From Desulfuromonadales bacterium (GTDB taxonomy: Bacteria > Desulfobacterota > Desulfuromonadia > Desulfuromonadales > SZUA-540): a DNA stretch of 28,146 bases. Location of the stretch: the NCBI GenBank assembly GCA_033549025.1, contig JAWSUS010000033.1, positions 1 to 28,146 of the forward strand, in the 5' to 3' direction. The notes under the pieces were generated by a model, which searched no databases, had not been told where the DNA came from, and worked only from the letters and a program-made list of their open reading frames with translations. The translations under genes were made by a program, and so were the position numbers. This document shows, piece by piece, positions 17,084 through 24,921 of this stretch; position 1 is the stretch's first letter; each line of letters starts with the position of its first letter.

Positions 17084-19018
17084 CTACCAGAAGAGGTTCC
17101 AGTTCAGGCCGGCATCGGTCAGGTAGCGTCCATGGACCTTCTGCCTGGATAGAGTCAGGGTCAGGCTGCTGGATCTTCCCGTCACCAGGGTCTGGTCCAG
17201 CCGGGCCTCGCCGCTGCGGTGAGGCCCGCCCGCTTCGTGCCAGATGTGCCGGGCCGCGGCATGGATTTTCCAGCGGTCGGCCAGGTTGACCAGCACCCCC
17301 AGAGAACCACCGCCCCCCAGAGCGAAGCTGTCGCGAAAGTGTCCTGAAACCAGCAGCTCCGTTTCCACCATGCCGTATCCCAGCACGGCGTCGTTGCCAT
17401 AGCTGAATCCCCCCCCAGGCGACAGCTCGTAGACCAGGTGGTCGCCGCCGTCATCAGCTGGCCACTGAATGAGGCCGGTCTTCACTTTCCAGGAAATCGG
17501 TTTGAAAAAACGGCTGCGAGGTGACAGGGAGACAATCTCGATGAGATTGAGGTTATGGAGTCTGAGCCTGTTCTCCTCGGGATAGTAGCGCAGCACCAGG
17601 TCGGCGAAGTCAATCTGCGAGCCGGCGATGTAACCGGCGTCGGCATCGAGCAGGTTGTGGTAGGCCGGACGGATTTTGGCCTGCAGATAATAGTCGTCGG
17701 CGCGAAAGCCGGTGCCCAGGCTGAAGCGGTTGGAACCATGCCCCCGATCGGGGCGCAGGGGCTCCTGCCAGTCGGGCTCGGCGCTGGCCGCTCCCAGCTT
17801 GCTGCGGGCGGTAAGCAGCGAGATATAGCGGGTGCGGTATTCATCCTGGCCGAGCTGTTTCTTGAAGTAGCTGAATTCGACCGATTCCGTGGCCAGATCC
17901 AGCGCCCGGATCTGAGCCGCCTGGTTCAGCCCGGCCTCCTCCAGTTCCGTCGGACCAATGCTGCCGTCGAGCAGGCGCAGGGTGGTCTTTTGCTCCTCGT
18001 CGTTCATCTGCGCGGCGATGCGCGCGATACGGGTGGCTTTGGAGGGGCGGTAAAGGCTCGACTCGATCAGTCCCTGCTGGCCAACGATCCGCACCGTGTC
18101 GATAGGGATGACCCAGGGACGGGTGTGATCGGTGAGCCGCAGGCCGGGACGGGCCGCCTCCAGCAGGAAGAGGAGCTGGTAGGCGCAGTTTTCATCGAAA
18201 AAGAAGTAATCCGAATAGATGTCCTTCAGTTCCCAGGTGTGCAGAAACATGCGTCGCGTTTCGTCCGCGTCGAGGTTGAGCGGATATTCCCAGACGTCCC
18301 GCCGTTCCAGATCCCGATATTCCCGCAGCTTCTGATAGTAGGGAAGGACCGAGAAGTAGCCGCGATACAGGCCGAAAATCCCCTTGACCGCATAGGCGAA
18401 GCCGTTGGTTTCATCCGTAAAGGCGGAATAGTTGACGGCGTAGGAGAGCAGCCGGCTCTTGTAGGGGCCTTCGATAATGATCAGGGTGTGCCCGAACATG
18501 GAGGCGGGGCTGTTGTTGTGGGTGCCGGGAAAGATGAGGACGGCCGAGCGGGGATCAACCTGGTCAAGGGCCTCGTCGAGTTCACTGCAGGTGACGGCCG
18601 GAAAATCGTCGTCCTCGGCTCCTAACTGCTCCTTCAGCCATTCATAGCGGGCGGGAAAACGGCAGCGGGCCGGAAGCTGGTCGGAAGAGGATGGTTCAAA
18701 GAAAGCCTGCAGGGTGGCGTCCAGTTCCGCCTGGGCATCCCATTTGCCGTTGTCGGCCACAAAGAAGGCGGGGTCATCGATCAGACTGCCAAGCCCCCGC
18801 AGAGAGGGGCGATAGTGCAGCAGGGTGAGCCAGTAGGGATCCTGGTGAAGCTGCTGCTGACGGGCGCGTTCGCGCAGACCTTCAGCGCTGTTGTCGGCGG
18901 CCCGGGCGGCCGAGCCGACAAAAAACAGGCACAGAAAAAGGGCAAGGCCCGGGAGAATGAAAATCCCGAGCCCGCCCTTTTCAGGTGCCTGTACGGTGTC
19001 GTAAAAAACGAAACGCAT
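17084..19018 (-). CDS. DUF4105 (Lnb N-terminal-like) domain protein with a probable C-terminal beta-barrel
   Basis: Signal peptide, W..LLHY, CRFPAR..WL, PASMFGHT, Y.FFDENCAY and YRPS. The C-terminal part has alternating-strand character and ends WNLFW. Confidence 0.82.
   Translation of the reverse strand: MRFVFYDTVQAPEKGGLGIFILPGLALFLCLFFVGSAARAADNSAEGLRERARQQQLHQDPYWLTLLHYRPSLRGLGSLIDDPAFFVADNGKWDAQAELDATLQAFFEPSSSDQLPARCRFPARYEWLKEQLGAEDDDFPAVTCSELDEALDQVDPRSAVLIFPGTHNNSPASMFGHTLIIIEGPYKSRLLSYAVNYSAFTDETNGFAYAVKGIFGLYRGYFSVLPYYQKLREYRDLERRDVWEYPLNLDADETRRMFLHTWELKDIYSDYFFFDENCAYQLLFLLEAARPGLRLTDHTRPWVIPIDTVRIVGQQGLIESSLYRPSKATRIARIAAQMNDEEQKTTLRLLDGSIGPTELEEAGLNQAAQIRALDLATESVEFSYFKKQLGQDEYRTRYISLLTARSKLGAASAEPDWQEPLRPDRGHGSNRFSLGTGFRADDYYLQAKIRPAYHNLLDADAGYIAGSQIDFADLVLRYYPEENRLRLHNLNLIEIVSLSPRSRFFKPISWKVKTGLIQWPADDGGDHLVYELSPGGGFSYGNDAVLGYGMVETELLVSGHFRDSFALGGGGSLGVLVNLADRWKIHAAARHIWHEAGGPHRSGEARLDQTLVTGRSSSLTLTLSRQKVHGRYLTDAGLNWNLFW
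18934..18982 (-). terminator. Terminator-like hairpin inside the 5' end of the DUF4105 gene
   Basis: Minus strand GAAAAGGGCGGGCTCGGGA-loop-TCCCGGGCCTTGCCCTTTTTC followed by further T-runs, about 35 nt after the DUF3015 stop. Confidence 0.5.
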
Positions 19019-19485
19019 TAACCAGCGATGGTGATGATGCTGTCGATCACGTCGGCGCTGCTTTCCTGACCGGTGACGAAAATCTGGTCGAAATTGGACT
19101 GCAGGCGGCTGTAGAGGTTGGCGCGCTCAGCGGCAGGAACTTCCAGCAGCTCGGCGAGAGTCTCGAGGGTTTCGCCGCCGCCGGCAGCGATGTCACGAGC
19201 CAGGGGGTCGAGATTGTCGCGGGTGAAAGCGAGGGCGCGGTCATTCTTGATGATGTTGGCCGGCTGCTCGCAGCCGAGGGTACCGGAGGTGATGCCGAAA
19301 GTCTGGTTGCCGAAGATGCCGTTGGTGGTCGCCTGCAGGGACTGGGAGATAACGGAGCCGTCCGCCTTGCCTTCCCACAGCAGGGAACCGAGGCCGCAGC
19401 CCGTGTTTCGGTCGGCCTGACCGGCAGCAAAAGCCGTGGTGGCCAGAAGGGAAAGAGCCAGAGTTGCTACGAGAACTTTTTTCAT
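19018..19485 (-). CDS. DUF3015 family secreted protein
   Basis: Signal peptide (AFA), TGCGLG, ATTNG..GNQTFGITSGTLGC, LARDIAAG.GE.L..LA.L and LQSNF..IF. RBS AAGGAGG. Its stop overlaps the next ATG (TAATG). Confidence 0.88.
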   Translation of the reverse strand: MKKVLVATLALSLLATTAFAAGQADRNTGCGLGSLLWEGKADGSVISQSLQATTNGIFGNQTFGITSGTLGCEQPANIIKNDRALAFTRDNLDPLARDIAAGGGETLETLAELLEVPAAERANLYSRLQSNFDQIFVTGQESSADVIDSIITIAG

Positions 19486-19768
19486 GTGTAAACCTCCTTT
19501 TTGATGAAATGGGCGGTGAAAAGGTACCTGACTAATTAAACCTGCTTTAGGCGCAAAGTCAAGTGCCTGTTTTCCCTTGCCCGTTGTGCCATGGGGCTTT
19601 TGTTCCCGGGGCGCGGCAACGGCTGGCGCCCGAAAATGATAGAAATTTAATAGAAAAGTCAGGGGTTTTGGAATGCCTCAGCAAAGTTTTATGGCATAGT
19701 TTATTGGGCGCCCTGAAATGGAATAATGGATTTTTCAGGCAGTCATCGGTCCGGCGCCAGGATAAGCC

Positions 19769-20479
19769 GTGAACTCTTCCACGGATCTCCGTAATTGCAC
19801 GACTTGTCCGCACAGAGACCGCCCCATCGTGATCGTGGGAGAGCGTCGTTTCTGCATGGACATCCTCACGCACTTCATCGCGACACAGACCCCGGCTCGT
19901 TGGAGTCTGGTCCCCTGCCTTCGTGACCTCTCTGCCTTGGGCGGCACCGAGTCCCCTGTACTCCCCCGGCTCATTTTTGTCGATGCCTTTGGTTTTTCGG
20001 GGTCCGACATCTGTGGTTTGCTCAAGCGAGAAGCCCTGCCCTTTCTCGAGAACGAAACCCTTGCGCTCTTCAATCTGGTGCGAAGTCTGACCCCCCTCCT
20101 CGATTTAATGGAGCTGGGCGTGCGCGGATTTTTTTTCGAAGACGACCGGGCCGAGAGTATCCTCAAGGGGATCTGCGCCCTGAAAGCCGGGGAGCTCTGG
20201 GTTTCCCGCGAGGTGATGATGGAATACGTCACCCGCCAGACCAGAACACCCCATGGCGAGGATAAAGCTCATCCCCAGGAGCGGGCGGCGGCCCTGCTGA
20301 CCCGCCGGGAACGGGATGTCCTCGCCCTGATCGCCGCCGGCGCCGACAATGAGACCATCTGCTCCCGTCTTTATATCAGTCCTCACACGGTAAAAACCCA
20401 CCTATACAACATCTTCAAAAAGATCGGTGCCCGCAACCGCCTGCAGGCGGCCCTGTGGGCGGCCCACCATTTGAAATAA
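19769..20479 (+). CDS. LuxR-family regulator of VpsT/CsgD type (degenerate REC + LuxR HTH); start uncertain
   Basis: C-terminal LTRRERDVL..IA.G..NE.I...LYISPHTVKTHLYNIFKKI...NRLQA..WA. REC-like strands (LIFVD, G.RGFF) and a GELWVSR linker. Confidence 0.88.
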   Translation: MNSSTDLRNCTTCPHRDRPIVIVGERRFCMDILTHFIATQTPARWSLVPCLRDLSALGGTESPVLPRLIFVDAFGFSGSDICGLLKREALPFLENETLALFNLVRSLTPLLDLMELGVRGFFFEDDRAESILKGICALKAGELWVSREVMMEYVTRQTRTPHGEDKAHPQERAAALLTRRERDVLALIAAGADNETICSRLYISPHTVKTHLYNIFKKIGARNRLQAALWAAHHLK

Positions 20480-20493
20480 ATCCTGTCTTTCTC

Positions 20494-20566
20494 GGGTTCT
20501 CATCGCCTCTTCCTCAGGCGGCTGTTCTCGCGTCTAAGAAAAAAGGCTGAGGCCGGATGAGAACCC
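20494..20566. repeat. Intergenic inverted repeat between luxR and pilZ
   Basis: gggttctcatc (20494-20504) / gatgagaaccc (20556-20566), with inner cctcag (20512-20517) / ctgagg (20547-20552). Confidence 0.7.
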
Positions 20567-20719
20567 CGCCCCCTGTTTCATCTCTGCGCCTGAGCCAGTG
20601 CCCATTAAAAAACGATAAATAAACCAGCCTCACGCCCGATGGTGTTCCCGCCAGAGTCCGCTAAACCTATCTACATGCAGCAAAAGAGCCATCTGAACAG
20701 AAGCAGGAGTGATCTGCCC

Positions 20720-21040
20720 ATGCCAGCTCCCGAACAAAGAGCTTCTGAGCGCTATCCAACCCAGATGCCCGCTCTTTTGACCTGTCGGGAAGCCGATGAC
20801 CGCCACAGGCACATGCTCTTACTGACCCGGGATGTCTCCAGTACCGGTGCCTATTTCCACACCCGGGAACCCTTTTTTGAAGAAGAGGACGTTCAGGTGG
20901 AGATGCTCATCCGGATAGAGTCGGCAGCGGACAATGTTCATCACATGTATCTGGAAACCACGGGTGAAATTACCCGGCGGGATCCCTCCGGCCTGGCCGT
21001 TCGTTTTAAGGGGCCCTACCGGCTGACGCCTTTTGTCTGA
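20720..21040 (+). CDS. Stand-alone PilZ domain protein
   Basis: RxxxR (QRASER) and DxSxxG (DVSSTG) c-di-GMP motifs, with terminal GLAVRF. ATG 20720 lies behind GCAGGAG; the ORF track extends to 20639. Confidence 0.85.
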   Translation: MPAPEQRASERYPTQMPALLTCREADDRHRHMLLLTRDVSSTGAYFHTREPFFEEEDVQVEMLIRIESAADNVHHMYLETTGEITRRDPSGLAVRFKGPYRLTPFV

Positions 21041-21153
21041 GGATTCAGCTATGGGCATTTCGGCAAAGGGGACGAGAAGATCAGACACTCCGGCGTGTTT
21101 ATGCGCTTCCGTTTAACCGAAGGACAGCAATGGAATGAAAGGAGGTACTGACA

Positions 21154-24100
21154 ATGAAGAGGTGTTTATCGTTGGCAATAGGGGGCGTCCTGCTTCTGGC
21201 GTCCGTTATCTCGACGGCCTACGGCAGCGAGGTCCCTCACAAAGGGCCCGGGTTGGTCGAGGCACCCTTGATTACCCAGACTCTGCAGCAGGTCGGCCTG
21301 GTCAGTGTCTGGAACGACGGCGATGAGTTTCATGTCGAAATTGACGGGGCTGGTTCATGGCAGGTCGTTGATGCTTATATCTTCGTCGGCACCGACCCCG
21401 TGCCTGCCACCCAGAAGGGCAGCCTGGTCCCCGGGCTGTTCAACTACAAGAAAGAAGGAATTCTCGCCCCAAGTTATGATCTGGAGTTGAGTCTCAAGGA
21501 AGACCTCGGTTTTAGCTGGGGAATCCCCTACAATCCTCTGAGAATCCAGAATATCGCCGTGCAGGTCTACATGATGGGTGTGGACGCAAAAGGCAAAAAG
21601 ATCTATGAAGGCGCCTGGGCCTATCCCGGTGAAAGCACAGATTATGTCGATTTCGAGGGGGTCGGCGCCGGCTGGTGGTTCACCTACATGCTGTCGCACC
21701 CGAAACGCGGCCATTTCCACGATGCTCCGGTAGGTGGTTTGTTGTTCGTCGGGGAGACTTTTTCCGGCAAGACCGACCCGACAGGCGGCTTCGACATCTT
21801 CCCTGACGAGACCGTCAGTTTTTACCTCGGCAGCTATCTGCTCGGTACGACAACCGCCGCCCAGCGGGTCACACCGATCGACCTCATCGAACAGGGCGAC
21901 ATCGATAACCCCGCAGTCATCAATATGGCCAGGCTGCTGCAGAGCCTCGACGACGATGGCGATCTGACCAAGGGGATCCAGATCACCTCGCAGGTCATCG
22001 GCCTGCTGGAAACCGTCATGGCCGCCAACGGCTTTGACGCCTTCGACTTTTATAACGACGCGCAGATCGAGACGATCATCACGGAAGTCGTTGCCCTCGG
22101 TGTGGATGACGGGCTGACCATGGTGGCGGTGACGGCCGACGAGGCTCGGGATCACCTCGACAAGCATCTGTCGTCCTCCTACAACCGCAAGAATGTCTCC
22201 CAAACGCCCGATTTGGGCACCAGCAAGGCGAAACTCGATCTGATGCCGGTGCTGGTTCCGGCCACCCGGGCTAACAACGAAGCGACCGGTAGCCTCGACT
22301 ACTACGACGAAAACGGCAACTTCCTCTACTCCCGCGATAAGGTCAAGCCGCTGGTGGCCGTCTATGCCGACCAGATTGAAACGGGGGCTTCGGACGTGTT
22401 CGGCGCCATTTCCAGAGACGACGGCAACACCTGGAAACGCACGAACCTGTCACGCTCCGCCGACCTCAGCTCCATCATCCTGCCGGTGACCGGCGAAGAG
22501 GCTCTGGGCGATGTGCGCAAGCCGAATATCGTGGTCCGCGGCAACCATATCCTGACTGCCTGGACCAGCCATTTCTGCCAGGGCGGCAAGCCGCTCTACT
22601 CCAGAGAGGCCCTGACCGACGACGGCACCTCGTATCCCTATTACGAGGATGACATCTGGGGGGTGGGTGGACCGCAGCTTTCCCACTGGTACGAGGAGGA
22701 AGGCTATCCCGAGGTGGAGCTGCCTTACAGCTGCGTCTGGGCGGCCCGCGGCACCATCGACCCCGACACCGCCGAGATCACCTGGTTCAAGCCCGAACGG
22801 CTGACCTCCGGCCGGCGCGATGCCTACCAGATCTCCATCACCGGCGCGAAAAATGTCGGTTTCGCCATCATCTGGCAGGAAGACCCGGACGGGCTGCGGC
22901 CCGGCTCGGCGGCTGGCCCCGGTCACGGCTGGAGCGGCGCTACCACCAGCCACAAGACCGACATCTGGTACAGCTCGGTCAAGTGGAGCGATTTCGACAA
23001 GATCGACACCCAGTTCTACCCGAACGGCGACCCGGAGCAGGCCATCGACGATCCGGAATGGACCACCAACCGGCCGATGCCGCTGGTGCCTTTCAAGCTG
23101 CCGATGCGCATCTCCGACAACGACATGTGCAACGCCGACACCATGAAGGTCCAACTTGACGAAAACGGTCTTCCGGTTCTGGATGAAAACGGCGATTACA
23201 TTCCGTTGATGGACGAGGAAGGCAAGCACGCCGGGACCCACCGCTACTGCTACGAAGTTCCCGATCTCTGCACCGGTTTCTATACCTTCGATAATAACCA
23301 GGAAGCCGAGAAAAACGTCTGTATCGCCGCCGATACCGCCACGGACAGGCGCCTGCTTGACGGCGACACCGGTGCTTCGCGGCCCAACATCAATTTCATG
23401 CCCTACACCAAAAAAGACGGTACCCAGAGTGCCTGGGTCGTCGTCGCTTACGAAGAGACCAAGGGGGTCGGTGGTGGCGTGCCGGTGTGGGACGACAGCG
23501 ACGACACCACCCATCTGGAGGAGAAGGACAAGCCGGACCTCGGCAAGAATGTCATCTACCACAGCTTTGAATTCATGAGCCCGGACAAGGTCAGTGACGG
23601 GACCATCGTCAACCTGCCCGAACAGGACGCTGCCGGCAATCCGCTCTATCTGGTCGACGTCGATGGCAACCAGGTCCTTGACTGGGAAGGACAGCCGCAA
23701 CTGGCCTACGAGAACGCCCGCCGACCGCGCATGCTGCCCCAGCCCGCCGGCCAGGCCGGACCGTCCAATACCGTGCTGGCGCTGATTTACAAGCAGGGCG
23801 AAGAAGGCAAAGGGCGCCCCTCCGACATCTTCATGCGGCGCATCGTCAACCCCAAGGATGGCCAGAACCCCTATGCTGCCAAGAATCTCGCCACGGGACA
23901 CCAGAACGTCAGCACCGTGACCCCCACCGAAACCTGGATCAATCCGGACTCGGAGCCTGATGCCAATGGGGATGGCACCAAGGTGGTCAAGTGGGTACAG
24001 ACCGAGGCGAACCTCAGCGATGACAGTTCGACCAACCCCTACGAAGACGCCCGCGCCCACCGCGGGATCCTCAAAGGCGACCAGCTGTTCATCGCCTACA

Positions 24101-24828
24101 CCTACACGCCCAACTGGGCGGCCTCACGCAACGCTCACGACAAGTATGACCTGTACATTCGTCGCTCCTTCAACGGCGGCCAGAAATGGGGAACCGACCC
24201 GAACGGCACAGGTCCGATCTGCCACACCGACACGTTCAAGGACTACACCGGGGTAGTCGCCGAAGATGACGAGGAGGCCGGCGACAAGATCCCGTCCTAT
24301 GACGTGGAAACCTGCTTCGAACCAGGCGTCTTCGAGCCCGGCCGCAACATGTCCCGCTTGAAGAACAACAAGGAGAGCACCATCGAACCGCGCCTGGTGG
24401 GCCCGCCCAGCACCTTGGCCACGTCCCCCTACCCCGAGGACAAACAGAATACCGATGTCTTCTACGTGAGCTTCGGAACCGAGAGCAATGTGCCCAAGGC
24501 GCACGGCGAATTCGATGAGGGGAATGAGGGGGCGGATGCCATCCCCGGCGACCTCTTCTACACCCTGACCCGTGATCGCGGCCAGACCTTCTTTATGGAA
24601 GAGTGGGAAGTGAACCCGGACAGCGACGGCAACTTCGCCGGTACCATCGTCGAGCGTTTCCCGTATCTGGCCAAGGGCGATGCGGCCCAGGGTGAGGCGC
24701 AGCTGCGCATCTCCCCGGACGGCTCCAAGTTCTACGCCATCTGGAACGAGAATGGCGTCGATGGCAACGACAGCATGTTCCGGCGCATCATGAGCCCGGC
24801 CTTTCCGCAGAACCGGGCCGGTCAATAA
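21154..24828 (+). CDS. Large secreted acidic Asp-box (BNR) protein, choice-of-anchor O-like, with two extra N-terminal domains
   Basis: RBS AAGGAGG and signal peptide. Asp-boxes SRDDGNTW, SFNGGQKW and TRDRGQTF, plus PERLTSGRRDA and WQEDPDGLRPG..GPG.GWSGA motifs. The family label is from recall, not from a search. Confidence 0.75.
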   Translation: MKRCLSLAIGGVLLLASVISTAYGSEVPHKGPGLVEAPLITQTLQQVGLVSVWNDGDEFHVEIDGAGSWQVVDAYIFVGTDPVPATQKGSLVPGLFNYKKEGILAPSYDLELSLKEDLGFSWGIPYNPLRIQNIAVQVYMMGVDAKGKKIYEGAWAYPGESTDYVDFEGVGAGWWFTYMLSHPKRGHFHDAPVGGLLFVGETFSGKTDPTGGFDIFPDETVSFYLGSYLLGTTTAAQRVTPIDLIEQGDIDNPAVINMARLLQSLDDDGDLTKGIQITSQVIGLLETVMAANGFDAFDFYNDAQIETIITEVVALGVDDGLTMVAVTADEARDHLDKHLSSSYNRKNVSQTPDLGTSKAKLDLMPVLVPATRANNEATGSLDYYDENGNFLYSRDKVKPLVAVYADQIETGASDVFGAISRDDGNTWKRTNLSRSADLSSIILPVTGEEALGDVRKPNIVVRGNHILTAWTSHFCQGGKPLYSREALTDDGTSYPYYEDDIWGVGGPQLSHWYEEEGYPEVELPYSCVWAARGTIDPDTAEITWFKPERLTSGRRDAYQISITGAKNVGFAIIWQEDPDGLRPGSAAGPGHGWSGATTSHKTDIWYSSVKWSDFDKIDTQFYPNGDPEQAIDDPEWTTNRPMPLVPFKLPMRISDNDMCNADTMKVQLDENGLPVLDENGDYIPLMDEEGKHAGTHRYCYEVPDLCTGFYTFDNNQEAEKNVCIAADTATDRRLLDGDTGASRPNINFMPYTKKDGTQSAWVVVAYEETKGVGGGVPVWDDSDDTTHLEEKDKPDLGKNVIYHSFEFMSPDKVSDGTIVNLPEQDAAGNPLYLVDVDGNQVLDWEGQPQLAYENARRPRMLPQPAGQAGPSNTVLALIYKQGEEGKGRPSDIFMRRIVNPKDGQNPYAAKNLATGHQNVSTVTPTETWINPDSEPDANGDGTKVVKWVQTEANLSDDSSTNPYEDARAHRGILKGDQLFIAYTYTPNWAASRNAHDKYDLYIRRSFNGGQKWGTDPNGTGPICHTDTFKDYTGVVAEDDEEAGDKIPSYDVETCFEPGVFEPGRNMSRLKNNKESTIEPRLVGPPSTLATSPYPEDKQNTDVFYVSFGTESNVPKAHGEFDEGNEGADAIPGDLFYTLTRDRGQTFFMEEWEVNPDSDGNFAGTIVERFPYLAKGDAAQGEAQLRISPDGSKFYAIWNENGVDGNDSMFRRIMSPAFPQNRAGQ

Positions 24829-24848
24829 CCTACAGGACCAGGCGTAGC

Positions 24849-24880
24849 GGGGCGGCGGCCACACCGGCAGCCGCCGCCCC
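24849..24880 (+). other. GC-rich stem-loop between the two large paralogs
   Basis: ggggcggcggc (24849-24859) / gccgccgcccc (24870-24880), 10-nt loop, no U-tract. Confidence 0.7.
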
Positions 24881-24921
24881 CACGGATGAGATTTCCCCAA
24901 CAGCCGGTAAAAGGGGGTCAC

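Noticed and set aside
19585..19710. TGGCA elements suggesting sigma54 promoters
   Set aside because: Neither has TTGC at the required -12 spacing.
19796..19813. CTTCPH near the LuxR N-terminus as a heme c motif
   Set aside because: It is CxxCPH rather than CxxCH, the protein is cytoplasmic, and the start codon is uncertain.
21041..21153. Possible GEMM (c-di-GMP/cGAMP) riboswitch upstream of the large secreted gene (GGCAAA...GGGACG)
   Set aside because: The tetraloop/receptor stems and the GC/GGAAAG and GCCGGG elements could not be found by eye; an Infernal scan with the c-di-GMP-I model would settle it.
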